Positions 25,281 through 38,615 of a stretch of DNA of 64,000 bases are shown one piece after another; the stretch's first letter is position 1; each line of letters opens with the position of its first letter. The notes under the pieces were generated by a model, which did no database searches, was not told the DNA's origin, and was given only the letters and a program-made list of their open reading frames with translations. The stretch is from Squalus acanthias (lineage: Eukaryota): NCBI GenBank assembly GCA_030390025.1, contig CM059432.1, forward strand, positions 42,224,001-42,288,000, given 5' to 3'. The position numbers and the translations under genes were made by a program.

Positions 25281-25582
25281 AGAATCTCTAATGAGCCCAT
25301 CTAGCAACTAGTCTATTACTGAAGTCAAGCTAATGGGTCTGTAATTACCTGTGTCTAACTTCCTGCCCCTTTAAAATATGGGCACCACGTGGCCCTCTCC
25401 CTAGTCCTTGGGAACAATCCCAGACCCTAGTGAGCTGTTAAATATATGAGCATGGGGCTTGCAGAGCATAGCTCTTATGGGTTGTGATGTTGAAAAACAA
25501 AAGAAAAGTGTGATGGAAGAGAATATGTTTTTAAAAAAGAATCTTTTCACTAAATTTATACATATTAATCACTTATTAATCG

Positions 25583-26125
25583 AAACATAGAAACAGGAGT
25601 AGACCACCCCAGTCCCTCGAGCCTGTTCCATCATTCAATTAGATCACGGTGGATTTGTACCTAAACTCCTTTTACCATATCCCTTGATACCCTTACCGAA
25701 CAAATCCTTATCGATCTCAGTATTGAAAATTTCAGTGGACCCAGCATCCACAGCCCTTTGGGCAAGAGGGTTCCAGATTTCCATGATCCTTTATGTGAAA
25801 ACGTGCTTCCTGATTTCACTCCTAAATAGCCTAGCTCTAATTTTAAGATTGGGCTCCCTTGTTCTGGATTCCCCATCAGAGGAAATAGTTTCTCTCTATC
25901 TATCCTATTGATTGCTTTTATCATTTTAAATACCTCAATCCGATGATCCCTCAACCTGTAAACTCAAGGAAATACAATCAAAGTTTATGCACCCTGTCCT
26001 CATAATTTAACCCTTTAAGCCTCAGCATCATTCTGGTGAATCTGCGCTGAACCCTCTCCTAGGCCAATATATCTTTCCTGAGGCGCAGTGCCCAAATCTG
26101 AATGTATTACTCCAGATGGAGGCAT
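25583..26125 (-). mobile_element. CR1 3' fragment
   Basis: Translation IEVFKMIKAINRIDREKLFPL, followed by a CR1-type 3' UTR. Confidence 0.8.
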
Positions 26126-26734
26126 AGCTTCCTCCTCTTCTGTCTCCCTTTCCAAGTTTCTTTCTAGCCGCTTCGAGATGTCCCTTACCCTGTTACACAT
26201 AGATATTGTAGTGAATTTTCCTGTCATCTGCTGTTAAACATAACCTGGTAATATTCTATTTTAGGTCCTACATTATATAATCAGTAGTCATGTCATATGG
26301 ATAACTTTCGTCCTTGAAAAGCTTCAGCATCAAACAAACGAACCACATCACATTGTCAACAAAACTAATTTTAAAAGGTAGAACATTATCAGAAATATAT
26401 ATGCATTTTATATACACGTATGTGAATATATCAATGATAACAGTTGCTGCTAAAGTGGTCTGGCTTTGCTTTCTCATTTTATGGTGTCTTTTGAACTTCT
26501 CAATTAGCTGACAGCTTTGAAATTCTCTTAGAAGCGTCTATCTGATACTCCGAGCCATACAAGAATTGTTTCTTTCTTTAAAGGTCAAAAAGATTCTGCT
26601 ATTAACTTTAATGCAGAAACAGGAAAGTCTGTCTCTGGGTAGGAAGGACAGGTGTTTTTCTGCTTGTGGTTTGTGAATTTGCAGGATCTTTATGTTGACA
26701 GTCTCTGTGTAGCTTTGGGGGGAATTTTGTGGGG

Positions 26735-27197
26735 GGTCAGCGGGCGCTGACGACATCCCTGCTTGTGTCCTCCTGTGCAATGTGCAACCAGGCTGTGTTG
26801 GTCTCCTGGGGAGGTCTCTTCCGCCCATGGGAAGGGAAGAGGACCTCCCTGCGTGCTGTGACTCCCGCCATAAGCATATGGAGGGAGTCATGGGAGAGCC
26901 TGGGTGCAGCCCTGCACCTCTGTGCAGTGATTGTCAGTGTTTGCAGCCCCTCAATGCTGTAGAACACTGACAGCAGAACTGTCAAAATCAATTTGTACAT
27001 GGTCCCTTTAAGGAAACCAGCTGATGACGTGTCATCAAATAATGTCATCAAATGACGTCATCAGACCCGCTTCCTTCAATTGGCCGGCAAATGTGCTGGG
27101 CAGGTTTAACAAACCCAATCAGGGGAAAATCATTTTGGACAGAAGGCTGGAGCCGGCAGTGAGGCCGGGACCCGCCGAGGTTGGTAAAATCCAGCCC
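26735..27197 (-). mobile_element. Harbinger family B end with partial Myb/SANT exon 1
   Basis: TIR AAAATCCAGCCC ends at 27197. Translation AAPRLSHDSLHML…REVLFP…AWLHIA. Confidence 0.8.
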
Positions 27198-27520
27198 ATT
27201 GTTTGATTTGCTATTTGAAATGTCTTTTGCAAATGTAAACTTGTCAATTAAAATGCCATTGACATTCTCAGGGATTTCCAGAGGCCCCAGCACCACTGCT
27301 TGTTTTCCTGATAATCTTTGGTGGATTTTATTTTGAAGAGTAAACGGGAGACAAGGCACCAGTTCATGCAAATTGTAACATGCAGACACCAATTTAACGG
27401 AGGGAACCTTTGGCTTAGTGGTAGCATTCTGAGTCAGTAAGGTGTAGGGTTCGATCCCCCCTCCAGATGGGCCCGTCGCATGGAGGCCGGAACTCCAGCT
27501 CTGAATTCTAGGTTGACATC

Positions 27521-27932
27521 CAACAACAACAACAACAACGTGTATTTATATAGCACCTTTAATGTAGTAAAATGTCCCAAGGCACTGCACAGGAGCGTTA
27601 TAAGACAAAAAATTTGACACCGAGCCACATAAGGATAAATTAGGGCAGGTGACCAAAAGCTTGGTCAAAGAGGTAGGTTTTAAGGAGCGTCTTAAAGAAG
27701 GAAAGAGAGGTAGAGAGGCGGAGAGGTTTTAGGCAGGGAATTCCAGAGTATAGGGCCTAGGCAACAGAAGGCACAGACACCAATGGTTGAGCGATTAAAA
27801 TCAGGGATGCTCAAGAGGGCAGAATTAGAGGAGTGCAGATATCTCGGGGGGTTGTGGGGCTGAAGGAGATTACAGAGATAGGGAGGGGCGAGGCCATGGA
27901 GGGATTTGAAAACAAGGATAAGAATTTTGAAA
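27521..27932 (-). mobile_element. L2-clade LINE 3' fragment
   Basis: (TTG)n tail on the minus strand; near-identical to 28941-29375. Confidence 0.75.
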
Positions 27933-28184
27933 TCCAGCAGGATACCCGTGTGCGATGGATGCTCCCTTCATCGTATGGAGTTGTGGGAGCCCATAAAACT
28001 CTCCCGCTGTATAGGACTAGCCACCCTATTGGCTGCGATAAAGATCATCATGGAAGGAGAGTCCACGTCACGGCCAGTCAGACTGCGAACCCTTACACAA
28101 TTTCACACTATTCCCCCCAAGGGAAGAGTGCAAAGATATGAAACAACAACCAATATAATTGCAATGGTGTGTTAACCCTTCAAA

Positions 28185-28270
28185 AATGAGAAGTCGCACA
28201 ACACCAGGTTATAGTCCAACAGTTTTATTTGACATTACGAGCTTTCGGAGCGCTGCTCCTTCGTCAGGTA
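28185..28270 (-). mobile_element. 86-bp PLE family 1 insertion consisting mainly of a hammerhead (28235-28271)
   Basis: TSD AACCCTTCAAA at 28174-28184 and 28271-28281. Hammerhead UUAC-CUGACGA-A-GGAGC(AGC)GCUCC-GAAAGCUC-GUAA. Confidence 0.85.
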
Positions 28271-28940
28271 AACCCTTCAAAGACTGAAAGGGAAGAACTC
28301 TCCAGATAGCTCAATGGGCAAACACACTGAACCATACAGACCAGGAAATTGTCATTGTCATTATCAATGCCTGATCTGTGTTGAATTAGTGGATCACAGC
28401 CAGGGCAATGGTGATAGGAGTGCTGCAATTGGCTTCAGTGACCCCCTTGATTTGCCCAGAGATGCTGAAACTAATCACTATGCAGTGATTCCTGCTGAAA
28501 ATGTGTAGACATTGGGTGAGAACAGAATATGGCTAATCTGTGATGCATCTGTAGTTGAATAGCCGGTCTAGGTTCAGAAATAAAGAATGGCCACTTGGTT
28601 AGGATACTAGGATTGTCAGTCCAAGTACAGTGTCATCACAGCAAGAATCTGTGAGAAGAGGGGAAAAAAATAAAAAGAAAGTACTTCGGAAGTTATTTTT
28701 CCTCTAACATTGCATGGCAGTGAGCCCACTAAAACTAAAACTCAGTGCCATTATGCCAGTCGTAGAAAGTGCAATTCCTTGCCGTCTGGCACTAAAAGTT
28801 ATTCTGCAGTACAAAGCAGTCTTGTGCTGTCAGGTTAATACTCGTGTCCTGATCTAAACTTGTTTCCTGTGTGGCGGAGATACGTCTGTACATCCCAGGG
28901 AGGAAATGATCAAGAAACGCTCTAAAATGAGACAGAGCGA

Positions 28941-29375
28941 AACAACAACAACAACAACTTGTGTTTACATAGCACCTTTAACGTAGTAAAACGTCCCAAG
29001 GCGCTTCACAGGTGTGTTATAAGACAAATATTTGACACCGAGCCGCATAAGGAGAAATTAGGGCAGATGACCAAAAGCTTGGTCAAAGACGTACTTTTTA
29101 AGGAGCATCTTAAAGGAGGAGAGGTTTGGGGAGGGAATTCCAGAGCACGGCCACCAATGGTTGAGCGATTATAATCAGGGATGCTCAAGAGGGCAGAATT
29201 AGAGGAGCGCAGATATCTCAGGGGGTGTGGGGCTGAAGGATATTACAGAGATAGGGAGGGGTGAGGCCAAGGAGGGATTTGAAAACAAGGATGAGAATTT
29301 TAAAATCGAGGCGTTGTTTAACCGGGAGCCAATGTAGGTCAGCGAGCACAGGGATGATGGGCGAACGGGACTTGA
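28941..29375 (-). mobile_element. L2-clade LINE 3' fragment
   Basis: Manual translation gives PIIPVLADLHWLPVKQRLDFKILIL, the L2 hallmark, followed by a (TTG)n tail. Confidence 0.8.
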
Positions 29376-30336
29376 TGCAGCACTGAAGTCATTGACAATC
29401 CCAGACACATTGCTGTCAGAGTGTGTAAGATGAAATAGTTTTAAACAATTAAGGATAAATAGCCTTGTGACATTGTTACACAGAAGCTGAACTCAACTGA
29501 AGGCCACCCTCTACACAATGCAGTTTCTGGTAGTGCACTACTTCTAACCCTGCCCCCACCATAATAGCAGAAATCAAACAAGGTCACTAATGGACAGGGA
29601 ATATGAGCAGTTTTCATGTTGTTAAACACACTTATAAGTACATTATTAATGTAAGAAAATCTAGCTCATATGTAATACGGAGCACTGTAAAATAAAGTGA
29701 GAGAAATGTACAGAATCATCAAACATTACTTAACTCACTATATTTTTGTAATAAATAAACAAAAAAGACATTAAAAAATCTTTTAATATTTTTGATTTTG
29801 GTGAAACATTGCTAATGCAGGCTTTAAAGGGTCAATATAGAGCACAACCTGACTGCACGTTCAATGGTTACCAAGGTTACTCTCGTGCAGCCCTTAGGCT
29901 GAGCTGAAGCTGGAGTAGAAGCTCTGCGCCTGGGGTGCGTAGAGATATCTAGACATCCACCGCTTCTATAAACCAGAACCAAAGAAAATAAGCAAACCAT
30001 TTTGAAATTAATGGGAAGCTAATATATATTAAACTATAGGAAAAAATATTAAGTCTTACCCCAGCCTGGTCCACATTTGGCCTCATCAGACTCATTTAGT
30101 TGCATTTATCTAAATTTGGAATTTGGCTGGTTTAGTTACTAAATGAAGTGGCAGCACGTGCTTTCAGAAAGCCAGAAGAATCTGTGGGGATGCTATTTTC
30201 TGCATTCTGTCAGAATACTATGTGATCTGTACACATGCTGGAGTCAGTGACCTGATTAAAGTTTTATTTCATGGACAGCATCTACAGTTGGAGAAAAAAT
30301 TGAAAGGGTGTTTAAGCAAAGTACATAATAAATATT

Positions 30337-30970
30337 GGCCTAAAGTTTTCTATTACGTTGCCCACCACTAGCCCATATTGAAAAATTGCGGATGCACTGC
30401 TGATTTTCCAGTACGTGCTGGTGGCAGGCGGATGGGATTCCTCCCCATTGGCATGTTGAAAAATTTGGGCCATACTGTATGTATTTTGTAAACTCTGTGG
30501 CTTAGAAATTGGTTCACGCCAGCCTGCGGTCCCTATGCCGGAAGTTGGAACAGATAGGCCTAAGGGAGAGGGCGATTGGGAGGGGGCCGAGTGGGGGTGA
30601 GAAATGGTCTTTGGCACTGCAGTGGAGCCAGGAGGAGCACTCCTGCACCTCTCGGCACCACATTCATGTAAGTATTTTTTTTAAACCTACCGTTTTAGTG
30701 GCCAGTACTGGCTGCGTTCAGGGCAGCCCAACTTTTAAAAAAAAGGGGCCTCAAACAGATATTAGGCCCCCTATTTGCATATACAAAGATCCCAACGCTT
30801 GTTTCTGGCCTGGGCCCTGGAAGCCTCTTTTTCTGCCTGTACCAATATGGCCGGTGGCTCACTTCCAGCGCGTAATGACCACACGTGCCCTCCCTGCCAT
30901 ATTGATTGGATGCATAAGAGTCCTTTTTTGCGCCTGAAAAATGGGCACAGCGCCATCAAATTCCTAGGCC
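30337..30970. mobile_element. Harbinger-type MITE, internally similar to 11583-12139
   Basis: Termini GGCCTA…TAGGCC and a shared ATTAGGCCC…CATAT block. Confidence 0.45.
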
Positions 30971-33344
30971 AATGTTCATGGCGGTAACTATGCTGGCATT
31001 GTGAGGGGGACTCTACACAATTTTATCCTGTTTCGAGGAGTAAGCCTCATTTGGCAGCGGGCAGGGGGTTGGAAATCCAGGTGTAGGCCTAATGCCATTG
31101 TATTGTGGTGCACCTGATTTTCTAATAGGTGATTTGGAAGATGATAAAACGAGGCCATGCTGTCGACATACATGGGTTTCATTGCATTATCAAATTGATG
31201 TGAAAAAAAGCTCCCACAATGCCGATAGCTTTAACCTTGTTCATATAAACTGGGTGCATGGTATTCCTGGGATATGGCCTGTTCAGGTAGGTTACTTACA
31301 CCTACATTTTTGTCTCCAGCTTAAATAAAGATGTGTAGTTTTTAGACGTGTAATTTCTGTTGATGGCAGAGGAGCAGCAGCTGTCAGCATCAAAAATAAT
31401 GGTGCTGCCACATATCTCTGCTGTATCATTGTGAACAACTGGTCCACTTTTCTGCCGCCATCATATCTTCCTCTTTAATGGAGAGCTGCAGCTCTGAGAG
31501 GTGCTGCTTTACTGAATTTTCCACTCACTGACGTACTGTGCTACAGGCCATGTTTGCTGAGCAAGATTTTCATGTACCGGTAGCCTATTCACAATTAAAG
31601 GGAACGACTCCTATCGGAAAATTAGTTGGTGCGTTCCCTGAGTTGCCAGTGCAGGTGCCCCTGCGACATGGAGGCTGAAACCCATTTTTACTGTTATTGG
31701 AAAACCAGAGCTATGGTATCTGAGTACTGGCATTCATGAGTGCAGAGGTTGAAGGTCTGTACTTGTGTATCTCATTTCCTGGAAAGTCTGTATCTAGTAT
31801 ATTTCATGATGGCCTAGTGGCAGACCACCTATTGTGGAAGGACCTAGTGTGCCCAGTCCCAGTAGGGTGTGATGGAGGGAGACTATATGCATTTGACTTT
31901 TCAGTGGTCTGATGTCAGTTTGGGGGTAGTGTTGGCATCAGATTTCCTCATCTCTATTGCCGATATGTTTCAAGTCCCTAGTGTTGCAATAAGGCCGTTC
32001 CTGCTTACGTACCTTCATATTTAATACTTGAGTTTCAAATCCAAGTTTGACACAAATGCAGAGTCAGAACATATAAGAATGCTCATCTCTACTGGTTTAT
32101 TTTTTAAAAATTGTTTCCCTGTGTTTTATGACCCAGACATGACTGTTTTATTTTCCTATAAAGGAAAGTAAAATAAACTGCTGTATAAAAGAAGATGAGT
32201 ATCTCTTGATAAGACTGAGACATATACTTATGGAAATGCTTTTGTGTGGACGGAACTGACACTTTCAAGTGTGTATGGGGGATTATCCATCGACTTTGGA
32301 TAAGACTTCATTTGTTGGCATAGTGACACTGTTAAAAAAAACACTACTGCTTATCTATTTAAAATGATACATTGAAGGAGAGGCCAGCTGGGACACCAGC
32401 AGTTTTTTCCAACACACGGCAAGTGCTATACTTGCTACTGCTTCAGTATTTTTTATCCAAGTCTCTCAATGTGAAATCACCAGATAATAGCAATCATCTG
32501 CTCTGATCTATTGTATATCGAGAAGGAAAGCATTTCACTGGCCATTTCACCTGTGGTTCTTATGTTTCCAGATCCTTGGCAAAGTTTTCCAGTGAATCGT
32601 GTATATTTTCTTTCTATATTTTAAGATATCAATGCACTGTTTTAGAACTCTTCTTGCATTGTTAAGGTTTAAAAACGTAGAGATGTCAGAATGCAGTCAG
32701 ACCATTCAGCCCATCTGTTCTGTTTCATCATCCAGGTCTTGTTTGAGCACTCAATCTGGCCACTTTTCATTGGTGCCACATCCATATAGCGCTACTCTCT
32801 GTTGATTCAGAAATTGAGCCGGATCCTTATTGAAAAATGTAACAACTAAACTGCACTGGGTGGCAGTCTATTCCACAAGCTGATGACTTAAAGCCTGAAG
32901 ATGTTGCAAGGGGGAAGAAATTGGTCTTCGGTCTAGCTTCCTTAATCTTTCTTTGCAGCTCAACAATCTCAAACGTGGAATTTCAAACTTATTCGAAATC
33001 TGAAGTTTGCTCAGACCTTGCTCTTGTATTTTGTCTTGTGTACCAGTGAGAAAAGAAACATAGCAAGAATCAAACAGTCAAGAAGCAAACAGTTAAGCTA
33101 GTTTTTTTAAATGAGCCCACAGAGTTACACATATTCTTTGTGTATCACACATTCTGTCTTGTCTGAGTTCTAAAATCCTTGCCACTGTTAATGAGCTAGT
33201 AATGGGACACTAGAACACACCTCCTGCCTCTTGTAAATAATGGACTTTCCTTATTTTCCTTCTGCACCTGTACATCAGGCAAAACTTCCTATAAAAAATT
33301 TATTCTGTACAATCAGAATCTCTGAAGCTATCTATTTGACAAAA

Positions 33345-33610
33345 GCACCAGTGGGGCGATGAGGAGATTTTTTTTCTCACGCAGCTTGTTGTTATGATCT
33401 GGAATGCACTGCCTGAAAGGATGGTGGAAGTAGATTCAATGGTAACTTTTAAAAGGGAATTGAATAAATACTTGAAAAAGATAAAAAATGCAGGGCTATG
33501 GAGAAAGAGTAGGGGAGTCGGACCAATTAGATAGCTCTTTCAAAGAGCTGGCACAGGCACGCTGGATGAATGGCCTCCTTCTGTGCTGATTGATTCTATG
33601 CTTCTATGAT
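33345..33610 (+). mobile_element. CR1 3' fragment
   Basis: IWNALPERMVE motif and a GATTCTAT tail. Confidence 0.75.
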
Positions 33611-34450
33611 TTCCTCTCTGTCTCCTGCCTGAATTGCTAAAAAAAATTCTGCTGCCTAATCTGAATTAAAAGAACAATAGCCCATACACTCAGGAAAGAT
33701 ATGATGTGGCATTGTAGAGTTGCTGGGCTATGTACAGCTCCTAAAGTAGCCTCAAGTTGTTCTGAGCTATCTCGCCGCCAGACCCGATGATTAGTGAATA
33801 AGTACAGAAATAGAAGGATAGAGCAGATGAAAGCATGGCTGGAGAGATGGTGCAGGAGGGAGGGCTTTGGATTCCTGAGGCATTGAGACCGGTTTTGGGG
33901 GAGGCGGGATCTGTACAAGCCGGACGGGTTGCACCTCAACAGGGCCGGGACCAATATCCTCATGGGGAGGTTTGCTAGTACCGTTGGGGAGGGTTTAAAC
34001 TAGCTTGGTAGGGGAATGGGAACCTGAGCGTGGATTCAGAAGGGAGAGAAGCAAAGCTGGAAATGGAAGGCAGAAAATTGGTAAGTAAGTTTGGAAGGCA
34101 GAGGAAACAAAGGCTAGAAAATAAACAACAAAGGGGTTTGGCAGTGCTTAATGGTATATACTTCAATGCAAGGAGTCTAGTGAATAAGGCAGGTGAGCTG
34201 AGGGCACAGATAGACACATGGAAGTATGATTTCATAGCTATTACTGAAACATGGCTGAAAGAAGGGCAGGAATGGCAGTTCAACATTCCTGGTTACAGGG
34301 TTTTCAGACGAGATAGAGAGGGGGATAAAAAAAGGATGGGGGAGTCGCAATATTGGTTAAAGAAACAATTACAACTGTGAAGAGGGATGATATGTTAGAA
34401 AGATCATTAAAAGAGAACATATGGGTTGAACTGAAAATAGGGGAAATCAC

Positions 34451-34548
34451 GAAGGGTCATCGACCTGAAACGTTAACTCTGTTTCTCTCTCCACAGATGC
34501 AGCCTGACCTGCTGAGTATTTCCAGCATTTTCTGTTTTTATTTTATAT
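34451..34548 (+). mobile_element. PLE family 2 3' stub truncated inside the hammerhead
   Basis: TSD TAGGGGAAATCAC at 34438-34450 and 34549-34561. Confidence 0.85.
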
Positions 34549-34937
34549 TAGGGGAAATCACATTGCTGGAATGTACTATAGACCCCCAAATGGTCAGAGG
34601 GAGATAGTAGACCAAATATGTAGGCAAATTTCTGAGAAGTGCTAAAACAATAGGGCAATAATAGTTGGCGATTTCAACTACCCTAATATTAACTGGGATA
34701 GAATCAGTGTAAAAGGTATAGAGGGTGCAGAATTCTTAAAATGCATTCAGGAGAACTTTTTTAGCCAGTACATAGCAAGCCCAACAGGACAGGGGGCAGT
34801 TCTGGACTTAGTTTTAGGGAATGAAGCTGGGCAGGTGGAAGGGGTATCAGTAGGAGAGCAATTTGGTGGTAGTGATCATAATTCAGTTAGATTTAGCATA
34901 GTTATGGAAAAGGACAAAGATAGACCAGGAGTAAAAG

Positions 34938-35276
34938 GAGTAGAAGCTGGCAGCTGTCCTTCATTCTGCCAGTGGATTTCACACTTCTTTCAGCCTTAAT
35001 CTGTCACATTAACACCACCTCTAGCCTTGCATATCTCTTAATGTCTCTTAATGTCTCTTCATCTCCCCCTTTGTTCTTTTATCCCCTCCCCCTTTTCCCA
35101 GCTTTACTCTGGCCTTAAATCTATTTGATTTCCGGCTCTTCACAGTTCTGACGAAAGGTCATCGACCTGAAACGTTAACTCTCTTTCTCTCTCCACGGAT
35201 GCTGCCTGGCCTGCTGAGTTTTTCCAGAGTTTTCTGTTGTTATTTCAGATTTCCAGCATCCGCAGTATTTTGCTAT
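34938..35276 (+). mobile_element. PLE family 2 3' fragment, with hammerhead at 35144-35180
   Basis: TSD AGTAAAAG at 34930-34937 and 35277-35284. Most of it is a near-identical reverse complement of ~16688-16993. Confidence 0.88.
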
Positions 35277-35856
35277 AGTAAAAGTTCTCCATTGGGGAAA
35301 GGCCAATTTTACTAAGCTGGGATGTGATTTAGCAAAAGTGGACTGGAAACAGCTACTTGAAGGTAAATCAGTGTCAGAGCAGTGGGAGGCATTCAAGGAG
35401 GAGATAGTGAGGGTTTGGAGCAATTAGGTTCCCACAAAGAAAAAGGGTGGGACTCCCAAATCTAGAGCCTCCTGGATGTCAAGGGGCATACAGGGTCGGA
35501 TAAGGTAAAAAAAGGAAGCATATGTCAGATACCAAGAGCTAAATACTGCAGAAAGCCTAGAGGAGTATAGAAACTGCAGGGGTGAAATTAAAAAGGAAAT
35601 TAGGAAAGCAAAGAGAGGGCGTGAAAAAATATTGGCAAACAAAATCGAGGAAAACCCAAAGATGTTTTATAAATACATAAAGAGCAAGAGGATAACTAAA
35701 GAAAGAGTGGGGCCTATTAGAGACCAAAAAGGTAACCTGTGTGTGGAGGCAGAAGATGTGAGTATGGTTCTTAATGAATACTTTGCGTCTGTTTTCACAA
35801 AACAGAGGGATGATGCAGATATTGTAGTTAAGGAGGACGAGTGTGAAATATTAGAT

Positions 35857-38615
35857 GACCTGCCATCTATTCCATCAGCATGGGTGCCGTTTATACTGTC
35901 TCACCTTGGTCCTCAGAATTTGACCACGATGAGCCCCAACACTAGCAGCACCAGGCACACCAGCAGCACCAGGCACAGAAGCAGCACCAACAACAACACC
36001 ACCAACCTTCTCCGCAACCACCTGCTGCTGCACAGGACAGAGGGCATCAGCACCCAAGCACATTGCTACCCGGGAGGCCAGGGATGGCCTCATCATGGCC
36101 AGATTTACTTAACTTTACACTGTACATCCATATGGCTGCCACATGCTGCGGCAGTATGGCATCACCCCACAGCAACCACCATAAAGGATCCCTACAATAA
36201 CCAAACCATTCCTTTCATACTGATCACCATTGCTGGAGGTATCGTTCTGTCTCACCAAGCCACTTCCAAAGGTGCAACTCATTAAGCCACTTCCAAAGGG
36301 GCACACAAATGTGTCCAAGATGGAAAGTGGTGGAAATAAAGATTTTAATGGTTGGCAATACATTCATAGAAACTTGCCATTGACATTGACTATAACACCC
36401 AAGCGGCTACCCTTGTGAATCTACTTGTGTGTCATCTTTCTCTTCCGTGTGCTTCTATGAGGTGCTACCCCTGTGGCTTCAGCAGAGGTAGAGGCAGCCT
36501 GCTCACTTCCCTGCTGTGACTGCTTAGACACTCTTGGCGGACGTCCTCTGGGTTTTGGAGCCTGTGATGGCCCTGCCAAAGTCTGCTCCTCCTGCAACTG
36601 TGCAGGGGCAGACTCGGCCATCGCGATCCGAGAAGCCATCTGGGGCTCTAACTGAGGGGGTGGCAATGGGGGAAAAGTGTAAGCGCTTTGAGAGGAGCCC
36701 ACACTTCCCTCTCCCCTCTCACCGTCAACCCTCTCATGGGCCACCCGTACTTCCCTGTTAGCAATGAGCTGAAGAGCACCTTGCTGCATATCAGTGGGGC
36801 CATGAGGACCCACGGCTACGCTGGCATCCCTCCTAGACAGGAGGTCTATGAGCCTCTGCCATCTATGCTCCATAGATAGCCATCTATTCTCCATGGATAA
36901 CCATCTATTCTCCATAGCTAGCATATGCTCCTGTGAGTGGCGCATTAGCTGCTCCATGCAGGTGGCCATCTTATCCGTGGAGGAGCCTACAGTCGCCATC
37001 GCCTGCGACACGGTGGTGCTGATGTTGGAGATGGACTCCTCCATTCTCTGAACATTTGCAGAGATCACGCTTGCAAAACCTGTCAGAGCCTCCTGCACCT
37101 CTTGCTGCACCTCCAGGATCGCCCTCTTTCTGGATGGCCCCTGAGGCTCAGCGTCTGCATGCAGCTGGGCAAAGTTGGGAGCACCTGCGCCCTCCGACGA
37201 GGAGTCTCCACTGCTGTCCCTGTCTCCACCATCTGCTCTTGCTCACTTGTGACTTGTGACGGACCCGATGACAACACTACTCTATCTCGCGTTGGACCCA
37301 CCGAGGTGTGCGTTTCTGCGCTGGTGCTGGGTGCGCTTCTGTCTGGTGATGCTGCACCCTCAGAGGCTGGAGGTTCCTCTGAGGAGTCGTCTTGCTCTTC
37401 CTCCTGGACAGTGGGGGGGGGTGGGTGGGGGGGGGGGGGTGCTCTTGATGGACCAGTGGGAGAGTAAGGAGATGAGTTAGATATGTCATATGAAGAATGG
37501 GTGCACATACCATTATGCACATGTTGACTATTCAGTGGCTGATGACATCAGTCTCCATATGAGTGACTGATGTATGCCATGTAGCTGTAAGATTTATTTA
37601 ATTCTGTCACCAGGATGCTGAGATGTCCCCAACTCTCCGTCTCCCACCTCCAGCTGCTCAGCCACTCCTGAGACTTACAACGCAGCCTCCTCTGCTGTTG
37701 TGAGGATGGCAAATGATGGAGGCCCACCTCCAGTTCTCTTCCTATCCCTCTTATTGTGCGCTTTCTTCTCCTGCGAGGAGGGAAAGAAGTGAAGGTTGAG
37801 TGAGAATCTCTTTAGAGGGAGACTATGATGGATTGGAGTGGCAATGCTAAGTGGGCTCCTTGCGTGTTGTTAGTTGGTATGATTGCATTAGGATGAGGCT
37901 GAGTGTGAGGGGTGGCTAGTGAGATGGGGATGTGATAATTTAGATAGAGAGAGAGGGATGGGTGGATGTGCAAGGTAAGTTGGTGTGAGTAAGGATGTGC
38001 AGGAGTAGGGTTGGGAAGGCAGAGTGATGGGGATGCGGTGACAGGCACAGCAGGATGAAGTTGAGTGTGGCTTTGTACTCACATTTCCAGATCTAATGAG
38101 ATCATTGAAACGTTTCCGGCACTGCTCCCAGGTCCTCCTGACCACATCCCTGCTGTTGACCTCCTCTGCAATCTGGAGCCAGGCTCTTTTTGTCTCCCGG
38201 GGAGGTCTCTTCCACCCATTGGAAGGGAAGAGGACCTCCTTGCGTGCTCTGATTCCCTCCACAAGATTATGGAGGAGTCATCGGAGAACCTGGGTGCAGC
38301 CCTCTGCCTCTGTGCAGCCATCTCTCCAACTGTTTGGAGCAATGAAAACCTCCAGTATGCTGCCTGCACTCTCCTAGATGAACCTTCAAATGCAATGTCG
38401 CCATGGCTCCTTTAAATATCCCGGCTGAAAACGTGTCATGGATGACATCATCAGACCTGCACCATTTAATTGGGCTAGGTAACGCGCAGGGCGGGCTTAA
38501 TAGGCCCCATTATCGCAAAGTCATTTTCCGCAGCGGGATGGAAGCAGCAACGGGGTCGCGGCCCACCACGCCGTCCGCCTGCACCCGCCCCGCCCAGGTA
38601 AAGAAAATTCCAGCC
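35857..38615 (-). mobile_element. Harbinger family B non-autonomous element (Myb gene retained, transposase internally deleted, one end missing)
   Basis: TIR AAAATTCCAGCC ends at 38615. The element interrupts CR1 ORF2, and its ends are homologous to 62697-64000. Confidence 0.82.
36421..38321 (-). pseudogene. Harbinger Myb/SANT-like DNA-binding gene, 3 exons (38321-38083, 37770-37611, ~37454-36421), disabled
   Basis: Motif KRAWLQIAEEVN…RTWEQCRKRFNDL; exon 2 reads EKKAHNKRDRKRTGGG. There is a frameshift in exon 1, a TAA in exon 2 and a frameshift in exon 3. Confidence 0.78.

Larger units (their letters stand above)
22640..25440 (-). mobile_element. Old CR1 LINE remnant split by younger insertions (boundaries approximate)
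   Basis: ORF 22903-23139 (RRHFFSQRIVDLWNKL) and further RT-like pieces. Interrupted at 23383, 23938 and 24512. Confidence 0.6.

Noticed and set aside
28296..28670. Old SINE-like repeat (similar pieces near 13075-13270 and 50285-50640)
   Set aside because: Too diverged to set boundaries or assign a family by eye.
35632..36285. 217-aa ORF as a novel protein
   Set aside because: It is a chance read-through from CR1 ORF2 into the Harbinger insertion.
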